Source of the DNA: a virus
Reading direction: 5' to 3' (one strand)
DNA: 42,089 nucleotides
Virus record (IMG/VR): IMGVR_UViG_3300003691_000020
Coordinates: 1 to 42,089 of that record
Part shown: in pieces, positions 8,826 to 17,653 of the stretch
Layout: each line of letters starts with the position of its first letter
Numbering within the stretch: the stretch's first letter is position 1
The notes under the pieces: generated by a model
What the model saw: only the letters and a program-made list of their open reading frames with translations
The model's database searches: none
Told to the model about the DNA's origin: nothing
Program-made: the position numbers and the translations under genes

Positions 8826-10242
8826 ACAATCAATACCTATGTTACAGGGTGACAAAGTGGCCCCCGGACTCGAAACAGACTATCGGGATGCGCTTAACGT
8901 CAATATGTACGCCGTAGAGCGTCAACTACTTGGCGCAGCAGGTTACTTGCTTTCATACCCTGGGCTAACTCAGCTTGGCACCGGATCTGGCATTGATCGT
9001 GGCGGTATTTATAACGAGAGATTCAGCGACCAATACAGACTATCAGGCACGTCTCTTATATCTGTTGCTGCTGATGGTACAAAGGCTGTATTAGGCACAG
9101 TGTCCGGAACAGATCAAGCCACAATGTCAGCGTATAGTTTTAACACTCAATGCGTTGTTGCAAACGGAAACGCTTATCTATACAGCCCATCAACCGGATT
9201 TAATCAGATAACGGATGCTGACTTAGGTTCGCCAATTGACGTTGTGTGGACAACCCCGGGATTCTACTTCTTTACAGACGGTGAATCCCTTTACCATACA
9301 GACATAGCAAGCGAAAGTTCAATAAATCCTTTAAGCTTCGCAACCGCTGAGTTTATGCCCGATAAGTCATTAGGCCTAAGCTTAAACGCAGAAAACAAGA
9401 TAATGGTTTGGGGCCGGGACTCTCTTGAATACTTCGTTTATAACGCCCAGGCTTCAGGGTTCGCATTCACAAGGCTTCCGACACGATCTCAGAAAATCGG
9501 AATAGTCGCAACCCATGCAAAATGTGAGGTCGGTGGCAAGTTTTATATAACTGGTGGACGAAAAGATGATGCCGTATCAGTCCATATTATAGGAACAGGA
9601 ACCGCACAGAAGATATCAACCCGTGAAATAGACAAGATTTTAAAGCAATACACAGAGGTAGAATTATCAGACATGAGAATGGAGGGAAGGACAGAAGATA
9701 ATATAGCTTTTATTATTATCCACCTTCCTAATGAAACTCTGTGTTTCAATGAAAACATTGCTTTGAAATTTGGTATTAACAAAGCATGGTCAATATTAAA
9801 GTCAGATGTTTACGGAAATACGCCATATCGAGCCATTAACGGCATCAACGACGCTCGTTCATCCAAGTGGGTTTACGGTGATAAGATCGACTCGACAATC
9901 GGCTATTTAGACAATGATTCATGCGAGCATTACGGCAATATAGCGGAATGGATTATATACACCCCTGCGCTTAGACTTGAAACAATGTCTATGGACCAAA
10001 TAGAGATTGAAACGATACCGGGACACACTGCGACAGATGACGCAACAGTTGCATTTTCTACATCGTATAACGGGTTAACATACGGTCATGAAGAGTGGCT
10101 TGATTACGGTGGACAGAACGAATATGACAAGAGGTTTTTTGCAAGGGCGCTTGGGTATGTGCCTGATTGGGTGACGCTTAAATTTAGAGGTGCAACCCGG
10201 TCAAGAATGTCTTTCTTAAATTTACGCTTAACATATAGCTAA
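8818..10242 (+). CDS. Tail hub protein, P22 gp10-like, TTG start
   Basis: 474 aa (gp10 is 472 aa). The N-terminus (M)PEQSIPMLQGDK..DYRDALNVNMYA..GYLLSYPGLT aligns with gp10 MPIQQLPMMKGMG..DYIDYLPVNMLA..GYLRSFPGIT. IIIHLPNETLCF aligns with LLIIHLPRHVLVY. Confidence 0.85.
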   Translation: MPEQSIPMLQGDKVAPGLETDYRDALNVNMYAVERQLLGAAGYLLSYPGLTQLGTGSGIDRGGIYNERFSDQYRLSGTSLISVAADGTKAVLGTVSGTDQATMSAYSFNTQCVVANGNAYLYSPSTGFNQITDADLGSPIDVVWTTPGFYFFTDGESLYHTDIASESSINPLSFATAEFMPDKSLGLSLNAENKIMVWGRDSLEYFVYNAQASGFAFTRLPTRSQKIGIVATHAKCEVGGKFYITGGRKDDAVSVHIIGTGTAQKISTREIDKILKQYTEVELSDMRMEGRTEDNIAFIIIHLPNETLCFNENIALKFGINKAWSILKSDVYGNTPYRAINGINDARSSKWVYGDKIDSTIGYLDNDSCEHYGNIAEWIIYTPALRLETMSMDQIEIETIPGHTATDDATVAFSTSYNGLTYGHEEWLDYGGQNEYDKRFFARALGYVPDWVTLKFRGATRSRMSFLNLRLTYS

Positions 10243-10249
10243 GGGTTTT

Positions 10250-10846
10250 ATGCCATCACCGCCAACAGTAGAAAGATTGACCAGCTCAGTATTAAGTGCG
10301 GTTGCATTGCGTGAACTTGTGCCGGATTGGCCTGAGCCTATTATCGACGAATGGCTCAACTTTATTGAAAATTTTATTGCCCTTGCTAATGTTATTGATA
10401 TTGAAATTGACCAAAAGATTGAAGAAATAGCGACAGATTTTTTAGATGGATCGGTTCCGTTTGCTGAGTCAGGGCATTTAGTAGCGGATATTAATAGAAT
10501 TTTTTGGGACATATCGGCAAATATCTTTAAGATCGGTGGAATAATTCAAAGCTCCGGAAGAATAAAGGGCAATGTTTATGTAACTCCGGCAATGTCACCA
10601 TATTCAATACAGTTTGAAGACGAGGTAATAACTTGTGATACGGATGTTGCCGATATCACACTGCTTCTACCGGAAGGAACAGCAGGAGAGCCACACAAGA
10701 TAACAAACGTCGGATCTCTTAACAACGTTGCGAATTTGACACCATTCGGGATTGAAGAATTAGAGGGCGACAACTCAACGCTACAAATCCATGACACAGA
10801 GACTCTTGACATTGCGTATGATGATAATACAGGGTGGTGGGCTTAA
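10250..10846 (+). CDS. Tail needle/plug-position protein (positional call only)
   Basis: 198 aa directly after the gp10-like gene, where P22 gp26 sits. No clear gp26 sequence similarity was seen. Confidence 0.7.
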   Translation: MPSPPTVERLTSSVLSAVALRELVPDWPEPIIDEWLNFIENFIALANVIDIEIDQKIEEIATDFLDGSVPFAESGHLVADINRIFWDISANIFKIGGIIQSSGRIKGNVYVTPAMSPYSIQFEDEVITCDTDVADITLLLPEGTAGEPHKITNVGSLNNVANLTPFGIEELEGDNSTLQIHDTETLDIAYDDNTGWWA

Positions 10847-12309
10847 TGACCAAACTTAGAAATATAGTAATAACAGACAATACAACCGGTGTCCCAGCCG
10901 GCGTAAACTCAGACAATCAGCTTTACGTAGAGTCAGAGATTGTCGATGCTTCAGGGAAAAACTATTTATTGACACCAAACAGCAATGCGCCTGTTGAGAT
11001 TAAAAACGCTGACGGATCTGCTGTTGACGTTCAACACCCACTTCCAACAAATAGCGATAGCACGTATGTTAAAAATATTAATACAACGTATTCAGACAAC
11101 GGTGATTTTGCCGGTAGTGTTTTGGATTATTTTGATTCTTTAAAGTCTGTGAATTGCAATGCCACGGCAGACAATCCTAAAATAATTAAGTTGTGGTTTA
11201 ACAGAACTATTTATTCACACGCAATCGGTTTCGGATGTGATAATTTAGCAAAAAATTTTGGGACATCTATCACAATAAAACTGCTTGGTAGCGGTGAAGC
11301 TGTACGATTTACAAAAACATTCACAGCGGGTGATCCAAATAGCTTTCTTGCTGAATTTGGGCCTAAGGCTTTTAATGGTGTTATTCTTGAATTTAATACA
11401 GCAAATGAAGTATGTTTAAGCAATTTAACAGTACCAACATCTATAGAAACAAACTCGACGCTACACGGTTTAGATCCTGCAGGAGATGTTCAAGAAGTCC
11501 AAGTCACGCCTGACGGATATCTTTCAGTATCTGATACGTCAAGCGGTTTAGCTATAGCTGACGGGAGTGTATCGGGAAAATCTTTTATACATAAATTCGG
11601 GGAAGCCGTAGACTTTGATTCTGGTGATGGAGCTGTTAATATATGGGATGGTGCCAATGACTCTCTATTCGCAGGTGCACCGCCAATGCAGTACACATAC
11701 TCTTCTTCTGATGATATAGGTACTATATCAAGTTCAAATGCTGGCGATACTATTGATGTAGAAATATTGGGGTTAGATACAAATTATGATATAGTTACAC
11801 AAACAGTCAGCCTTGCAGGACAGGCAGACGTTTTATTATCAACCAATCTTCTTCGCGTTTTTCGTATGACAAATGTCGATTCTACAGATATTGTTGGTGT
11901 TGTTTATTTAAGGACTAACGGTTCAGGCCAAACCTCGGGGGTTCCAAACACTGCGAACACTGTCAGAGCTATTATAAATAACGGAAATAATCAAACGCTG
12001 ATGGCTATTTATACAGTTCCTAATGGTAAAACAGGTTATATGAGAGATTTTTTTTCCGATATCGTTGGAGCAAATAAAACTTCTAATTATAAAATAACAT
12101 TAAAAGCGCGCCCCCTTGGGCAAGTTTTTCAAGTCAAGCATGTGAAAGGTCTTGGTGAGACAGGGTCGAGTTCAGTTCATCATAAATACGAAGAGCCGGA
12201 AGTATTCCAAGCAAAAACTGACATTGCTTTAACATCAGAGACAACAGATTCACCAATAACAGGGTCCAATATTTCGGGTGGGTTTGATATAGTTTTGGTG
12301 GATAATTAG
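10846..12309 (+). CDS. Virion structural protein, possible tail fibre or receptor-binding protein
   Basis: 487 aa counted from the ATG that overlaps the upstream TAA (TAATG). The track start at 10834 is also possible. The protein is S/T/N/G-rich and predicted beta-rich. P22 has no gene at this position. Confidence 0.75.
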   Translation: MTKLRNIVITDNTTGVPAGVNSDNQLYVESEIVDASGKNYLLTPNSNAPVEIKNADGSAVDVQHPLPTNSDSTYVKNINTTYSDNGDFAGSVLDYFDSLKSVNCNATADNPKIIKLWFNRTIYSHAIGFGCDNLAKNFGTSITIKLLGSGEAVRFTKTFTAGDPNSFLAEFGPKAFNGVILEFNTANEVCLSNLTVPTSIETNSTLHGLDPAGDVQEVQVTPDGYLSVSDTSSGLAIADGSVSGKSFIHKFGEAVDFDSGDGAVNIWDGANDSLFAGAPPMQYTYSSSDDIGTISSSNAGDTIDVEILGLDTNYDIVTQTVSLAGQADVLLSTNLLRVFRMTNVDSTDIVGVVYLRTNGSGQTSGVPNTANTVRAIINNGNNQTLMAIYTVPNGKTGYMRDFFSDIVGANKTSNYKITLKARPLGQVFQVKHVKGLGETGSSSVHHKYEEPEVFQAKTDIALTSETTDSPITGSNISGGFDIVLVDN

Positions 12310-12463
12310 AAATATTAATTCAAGATGATTTATCAAGTCTTGTTACTTTTACAATGAGGGCGCAAGGAAGGGTTTTTAGCCCTTAAGGAGTAAATTATGG
12401 GACTCAGTCTATCAGACATTGGCGATGCTGTATTGGGGTATACAAATAAATAAGGAGTAAAGT

Positions 12464-13102
12464 ATGAGCTATATTTCTGATAAGTGGGAAAAGTCAGGGG
12501 TAGAAAAATGGGCCAAGGGAGAGGGTGACCTAGGTTATAAAACCATTTATGACGATTTGTCAGGGAAAACAGCTGGTGATGCGGCGTTGGCCGCTGCAGA
12601 AACAGAGGCAGCTGCAATGACTGACCAACTAAACTACCTTATGGAAATAAACAGACTCCCTCAACAGTATAGAGAAGAGGCGCTAACAGAGCTTGCTAGT
12701 CTATACGGGCCGGAAGGCGCAGGAAGTCAACAGAAAATGATAGAACGTGCCAAAGCATCACCACTCTACCAGCAAATCATGGGTGGACAAAAGGCCGGTG
12801 AGGAGGCTATAATGAGAAACGCTGCGCAAACCGGTGGGCTACGCTCCGGCAATGTTCAAAGCGCTATGTATGACTATAGCACACAGCTACAGAACCAAGC
12901 CCTTACGCAAACATACGGGCAGCAATTACAAGGCCTTCAAGGGTTGGCCGGTCTTGGCACAAACGAGCAGCAGATAGGGCAAACGATGGCTAATATCGGG
13001 CAGACACAAGCTCAAGGTATATTAGGCCAGGCGCAAGCACAGACGCAAGGAACTCAAAACATGTTAAACCTTGGCTTAGGCTTAGCCGGGCAATTTGTAT
13101 AA
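12464..13102 (+). CDS. Internal virion/ejection-type protein (positional), Q/G-rich C-terminus
   Basis: 212 aa with SD AAGGAG. It lies in the block corresponding to P22 gp7/gp20/gp16. Confidence 0.7.
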   Translation: MSYISDKWEKSGVEKWAKGEGDLGYKTIYDDLSGKTAGDAALAAAETEAAAMTDQLNYLMEINRLPQQYREEALTELASLYGPEGAGSQQKMIERAKASPLYQQIMGGQKAGEEAIMRNAAQTGGLRSGNVQSAMYDYSTQLQNQALTQTYGQQLQGLQGLAGLGTNEQQIGQTMANIGQTQAQGILGQAQAQTQGTQNMLNLGLGLAGQFV

Positions 13103-13111
13103 GGGGGAACA

Positions 13112-14455
13112 ATGGCAAGTCAAAACCCATACGTTATAGAGTCAGCAAGCCCGATGCAGGGCTTAAAATTTCTTAGTGGTCGGCTAGAAAAGAGGCGAGA
13201 TTATAACCGGGCATTAGCGAAAGAAAACAAATTCAAAGAAATCAGATCAGAGGCGTATAAAATCTTAAAGAGCGGTGACCCTGAAGCCCTTGAGGTATTT
13301 ATGGGTTCGAGCGCCGACGCACAAAAGGCCGTAGAGAGTATAATGGCCGGGCAGGACAAAGTTGCAACACGTAATATTGTCAACGCTTCGAAAGATATCT
13401 TACTTGGAGACGCTGAACCGGTTGAGACTCTTACCTCCTACGCAAGAAAGACTATGGAAGAAGGCGGCGACGCTAAATCCATAATTGAAACAGCGCGAGA
13501 CGTTGCAGGGGCAAAGAGTAACGAAGAAAAGCAACAGAAGATAGACAAGATGCGTAAAAAGGCTGAAATGTCTTGGATGATTGCTGACCCTAAAGGATAC
13601 AAGGAATATAAGACTGTTAAGGATAGCAAGGCAAAAACAAAAACGGGTAAATCTTTAAAGCTCGAACAACTTATAAATAAAAGAAATGAAACAGCAGAAG
13701 GATCACCTGACAGAGATATATATGAGCAGGCAATAAAAAAAGAAATCGCGTCAGCAGGACAGGCAAAAGAAAGGCCGTTCATGTCAAAGTTAATGGCAGA
13801 CGGATATATGCCAGGATCGAGAATAACAGGCCCGATGCTTGACGCATTCGAAGCAGCAGCCTCAGCCGCAGATAAAATGGGTAATCCGCTAACAGTGGAC
13901 CGACTCAAACAAATGGAGTTTGACGCTGTAAAGAATAGAAAAACAGGTTCAACGGCAGGCGGAAGGTTGGTAATATCCAGAGCGCAAAATATAGAATCAG
14001 GCCAAGAGCTTCTTAAAGAGATGAAGCATACTTCAAAAAAACTTAATTTCTCTAATATCAAATGGAAAGGTTCTCTTGAAAAATGGAAAAAAGGAAAGTT
14101 AAATGATCCTGTTTTCGCTGAATACATGACACAACGTGCCGACGCATTATTTGTTATTACTGCGGCAATGAAAATGAATGGTGTCACCGATAAGGCAATA
14201 GAAGTTGAAGAGGAAGCATTCCCAATAGAAAGCTCACCAAGGGCTTTTAATGCTTGGTATAAAACCCAGATGAGAGCATTGAACAGAGCCGGAAAACTTA
14301 TGAACAGGGATTTCGGGTTTGGTATTAAATTGCAGCCTACCGGAGAAGAAGAGCCAAAACAAGAGACAGCATCACAATACAAGGAAGGACAAACAGCAAC
14401 CGGGCCAAACGGCCAAAAAGCTATATTCAGGGGTGGTAAATGGGAGGCTATGTAA
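13112..14455 (+). CDS. Internal virion/ejection-type protein (positional)
   Basis: 447 aa with SD AAGGGGG. K/E-rich and helical. Confidence 0.75.
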   Translation: MASQNPYVIESASPMQGLKFLSGRLEKRRDYNRALAKENKFKEIRSEAYKILKSGDPEALEVFMGSSADAQKAVESIMAGQDKVATRNIVNASKDILLGDAEPVETLTSYARKTMEEGGDAKSIIETARDVAGAKSNEEKQQKIDKMRKKAEMSWMIADPKGYKEYKTVKDSKAKTKTGKSLKLEQLINKRNETAEGSPDRDIYEQAIKKEIASAGQAKERPFMSKLMADGYMPGSRITGPMLDAFEAAASAADKMGNPLTVDRLKQMEFDAVKNRKTGSTAGGRLVISRAQNIESGQELLKEMKHTSKKLNFSNIKWKGSLEKWKKGKLNDPVFAEYMTQRADALFVITAAMKMNGVTDKAIEVEEEAFPIESSPRAFNAWYKTQMRALNRAGKLMNRDFGFGIKLQPTGEEEPKQETASQYKEGQTATGPNGQKAIFRGGKWEAM

Positions 14456-17400
14456 ATGTCTGAGCTACCTGCAGGATTTACAATTGATGAAGCACCAAGT
14501 GAATTACCGGAAGGATTCTCTGTTGACGCACATCCTCAAGAGCAAATACCAACGCAACAACCAGACCTTTCAGGAGTAATGAGCCAATACAACGCCAGGT
14601 CATTAGATCCTAAAAGAATGGCGGCGATTGATGAATTAAAAAGACGTGGAGTAATTGGGGGCCCTGAGACACTTGGAACTATGCCAGACATAAAACCGGC
14701 ATTCGGAAGCGTAGAGGAAGCAGCCAAGGCAGGGACAAAATCAGGTATAGACCTTTTAAGACCGTCAATAGAAGGCATGGCATCTGTAGCGGCCGGGATG
14801 GCCGGTATGGGAGCAGGCCCAGCAGCACCGTTGGCAGTTCCAGCAGGCGCAGCGCTTGGCTATACAGCGTCAAAGAAAATTCTTGACAGTCTTGAAGGGT
14901 GGGCAACGCTACCACCAGAAGTAAAAAAAGCACCGGCCATGGCTCAGGTAAAAAGTGTTATGGAGGATTACGCAACCGGTTTAACGTTCGAGTTTGGTGG
15001 ACCTGTAGCAATGAAACTTTTATCGTATGTCGGTAAAGGCGTTGCCGGTGGCTATGGTAAAGTGAAGGATATTGTACGTAAAAACACACCAGCAATTTCA
15101 GAAGAACAAGTATCAAAAAGAGCAGCGGAAATAATTCAAGAACATCGTGGTAATTTAGCCCAATACGATAAAAATCTTGCTGAAGCTCAAGGAGTCACAA
15201 AAGAAATAGAAGGATTTAGCCCTTCATTAGTCCAGAAAACCGGAGATCCTGGCTTGACAAAACTTGAAAGAGGAATTGCAGGAGAAATAACAGAACTTAA
15301 AAAAGCCGAGAATTACGAAGCAATAGAAAGTTTTCTAAAAGGAAAGTTTAGCGGGAGTCAAACCGTTGATGATGTGCTTGAAAATTTAACGGCTCAGAAA
15401 GCTGGTTTACAAGCGGAGTCTAAGCAAGCAACGCAAGCCGCAAAGATTTCTGAGGAGGCGATACCGTCAGAGACTCCACAGGTTACAGGCCAGCGTATCA
15501 CTGAAACTATATCAGGCGCTAAAGATCCGGTACGAAAGATTGAAAAAGAATATTGGGATAAAGTACCGAATTACGAAATGGCACCGACCGAAACCGATCG
15601 GGTATTTAAGGAATTGGCCGGGGAGCCTTCAACAGCACAGAACATTATAAAAAAACATTATGATCTATACAAGAAAAGACCAAAGACTATAAAAGGCTTG
15701 CAAACAGCGGAAAGAGAACTTAACGACGTACTATTTGACCCGAACGCTACGGCAACAGAAAAACGTGTTTTAGGTAAAATTAAAACCGCGATCAATGACG
15801 ATTTCAAAGCGTTGGGAGAAGCAGCCGAAGCAGGCGACTTTGCAACCGTTTCTGGAAAGGTTGTCCATCCTAAACAATTACAAAAAGAACTTACTGAAAT
15901 AGATGAAAAATTAAAGAGAACCGGCAATGCATCTGGAGAAATGCAACAAATACCAGACCCCGAAAGAGGTGGTAAGGTTATATTAAATGATAAATATCTT
16001 TATATGCCAGGGTATAATAAAGAGTCAAAATACAAACTATATGACAGAACCACACACAAACAAAAGGTTTTCCCAACAAAAGAATCAATGATTAGATTTG
16101 CAACAACCGGCGAAGATGTTAAATTTTTAAAGCCACAACCCATAGGTGATAAAGTACCAGTTGTTTCATTAGAAGTATCTGGCTATAAAGGGCAGGATAT
16201 GCCGTGGACTGAAACAATGAAAGCCCCTACAATATTAAAAAAAGATATGACAGCATACCATTATTCAGATACGCCTCTAAAGAATATAGGCTCAAAAGAA
16301 ATGGCGTTTTTTACTAAAGACAACCCGTATAATTATACTGTTAATGGGTATCAAACAACGATACCTAAAGGCTCTAAAGTCCAATTTTCCTCAACAGGTG
16401 AGGAAATAAGATACAAAATACCAGTAGGGGCAAAAGTTGAAACGCTCAAAAAAGGGTGGAGCAAATATATTAAACCCAAAAACCAAGGACAGGTGACATT
16501 TTTAAAAGGTCGGAAAGAGATAATTGAAAAGCAACTTGCAGAAGCTGAGCCAGCAAAAAATGCGGCCATAGCCTACGCAAACGCCAAGGCATACAGCAAA
16601 AGCCAAATGCAAGACAGATTTAAATCCGGTGTTATTAAAGAGCTTGAGGCACAGGGAACCTTCCAGGGTGGTAAGAAATTATCGGCAGAAAAAAGACCTC
16701 TTAAATTAATGAACGTTGAGAGCGCAGATAAGTTTATCAACGCAGTAGGTAAAGAAGACGCTGCAAACATAATGTTGCGTCATTACGCAGACGACATGGC
16801 AAAAAAGGTGAAGACAGATAAAGCCGGTCGCTTTGTTAGTTCTGACTTAACAAGGTGGTTTAAAAAGAACTCAAAAGTATTGGAAAGATACGGTATAGAC
16901 AATGAATTTAAAACAGCAGACAAGGCCCATAAATCAATGCGAGAGGCTTTTGAGGCTCAGAAGTTGTTTGATGACTCAATAGCCGCCAAAATGCTTAACT
17001 CAGATCCTCAAAAATCTATAGCGAGGGCATTCGAAGGCGGGGAGGGTGTAAGTGCTAAAAATACCGGTGCAATAATGCTTAACTTGCTTAGAAAAACAAA
17101 GGGTGATAAAAACGCCAGACGTGGCCTTGAAAATGCTTACAAAGAATTTATGTTCGACCAAGCAAAAACAACAGCGAAAACACTCAGCGGTGGAACACAG
17201 CTAAGTAAAGCTAATTTAGAAAAGGCTATAAGCAGGTTTGAGCCGGCCACAAAAGCATTATACCGGACGCAACCAGAGAAAATAAAGGCACTAAAAACAG
17301 TCCAAAAAGCGTTATTAATTATGAACAGGACGGCAGCTGGTGTTGGCGGTGGGTCTGATACCAGTGAAAAGATGGGCGCAATGGTTAAAATTTTAAGCAC

Positions 17401-17653
17401 ACTATCACATGTTCCAGGTGCAAGATATACCGGAGGTCTTTTTAAAATAGGGCTGGGTAAACTTAAAAATCTTAATGAAAAAGAAACAACAAACATGATT
17501 GCAAAGTTATTGTATGACCCAGACATTGCACAAATAATCGAAAAGGCATCAAGAAAAAACCCACCGGTTGCATTAATAGAAAGAGAATTAAATAATTATA
17601 TGGATCGTGCTGCAATACAGGCAGGAAGAACAGCAACACAGGGGGAACAATAA
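14456..17653 (+). CDS. Large internal virion/ejection-type protein (positional)
   Basis: 1065 aa. The start abuts the upstream stop (TAAATG). It ends in an ATAATG overlap with the tailspike start. Confidence 0.8.
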   Translation: MSELPAGFTIDEAPSELPEGFSVDAHPQEQIPTQQPDLSGVMSQYNARSLDPKRMAAIDELKRRGVIGGPETLGTMPDIKPAFGSVEEAAKAGTKSGIDLLRPSIEGMASVAAGMAGMGAGPAAPLAVPAGAALGYTASKKILDSLEGWATLPPEVKKAPAMAQVKSVMEDYATGLTFEFGGPVAMKLLSYVGKGVAGGYGKVKDIVRKNTPAISEEQVSKRAAEIIQEHRGNLAQYDKNLAEAQGVTKEIEGFSPSLVQKTGDPGLTKLERGIAGEITELKKAENYEAIESFLKGKFSGSQTVDDVLENLTAQKAGLQAESKQATQAAKISEEAIPSETPQVTGQRITETISGAKDPVRKIEKEYWDKVPNYEMAPTETDRVFKELAGEPSTAQNIIKKHYDLYKKRPKTIKGLQTAERELNDVLFDPNATATEKRVLGKIKTAINDDFKALGEAAEAGDFATVSGKVVHPKQLQKELTEIDEKLKRTGNASGEMQQIPDPERGGKVILNDKYLYMPGYNKESKYKLYDRTTHKQKVFPTKESMIRFATTGEDVKFLKPQPIGDKVPVVSLEVSGYKGQDMPWTETMKAPTILKKDMTAYHYSDTPLKNIGSKEMAFFTKDNPYNYTVNGYQTTIPKGSKVQFSSTGEEIRYKIPVGAKVETLKKGWSKYIKPKNQGQVTFLKGRKEIIEKQLAEAEPAKNAAIAYANAKAYSKSQMQDRFKSGVIKELEAQGTFQGGKKLSAEKRPLKLMNVESADKFINAVGKEDAANIMLRHYADDMAKKVKTDKAGRFVSSDLTRWFKKNSKVLERYGIDNEFKTADKAHKSMREAFEAQKLFDDSIAAKMLNSDPQKSIARAFEGGEGVSAKNTGAIMLNLLRKTKGDKNARRGLENAYKEFMFDQAKTTAKTLSGGTQLSKANLEKAISRFEPATKALYRTQPEKIKALKTVQKALLIMNRTAAGVGGGSDTSEKMGAMVKILSTLSHVPGARYTGGLFKIGLGKLKNLNEKETTNMIAKLLYDPDIAQIIEKASRKNPPVALIERELNNYMDRAAIQAGRTATQGEQ

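Noticed and set aside
12397-12450. 17-codon ORF with a good SD (AAGGAG) between the 491-aa gene and the ejection-protein genes
   Set aside because: It is too short to support from sequence alone. It may merely be a duplicated copy of the downstream leader (AAGGAGTAAAnTATG).
13438-14382. 314-aa minus-strand ORF
   Set aside because: It is fully antisense to the SD-preceded 447-aa plus-strand gene inside a co-directional structural operon. The product is low-complexity S/F/I-rich, which marks a shadow ORF.
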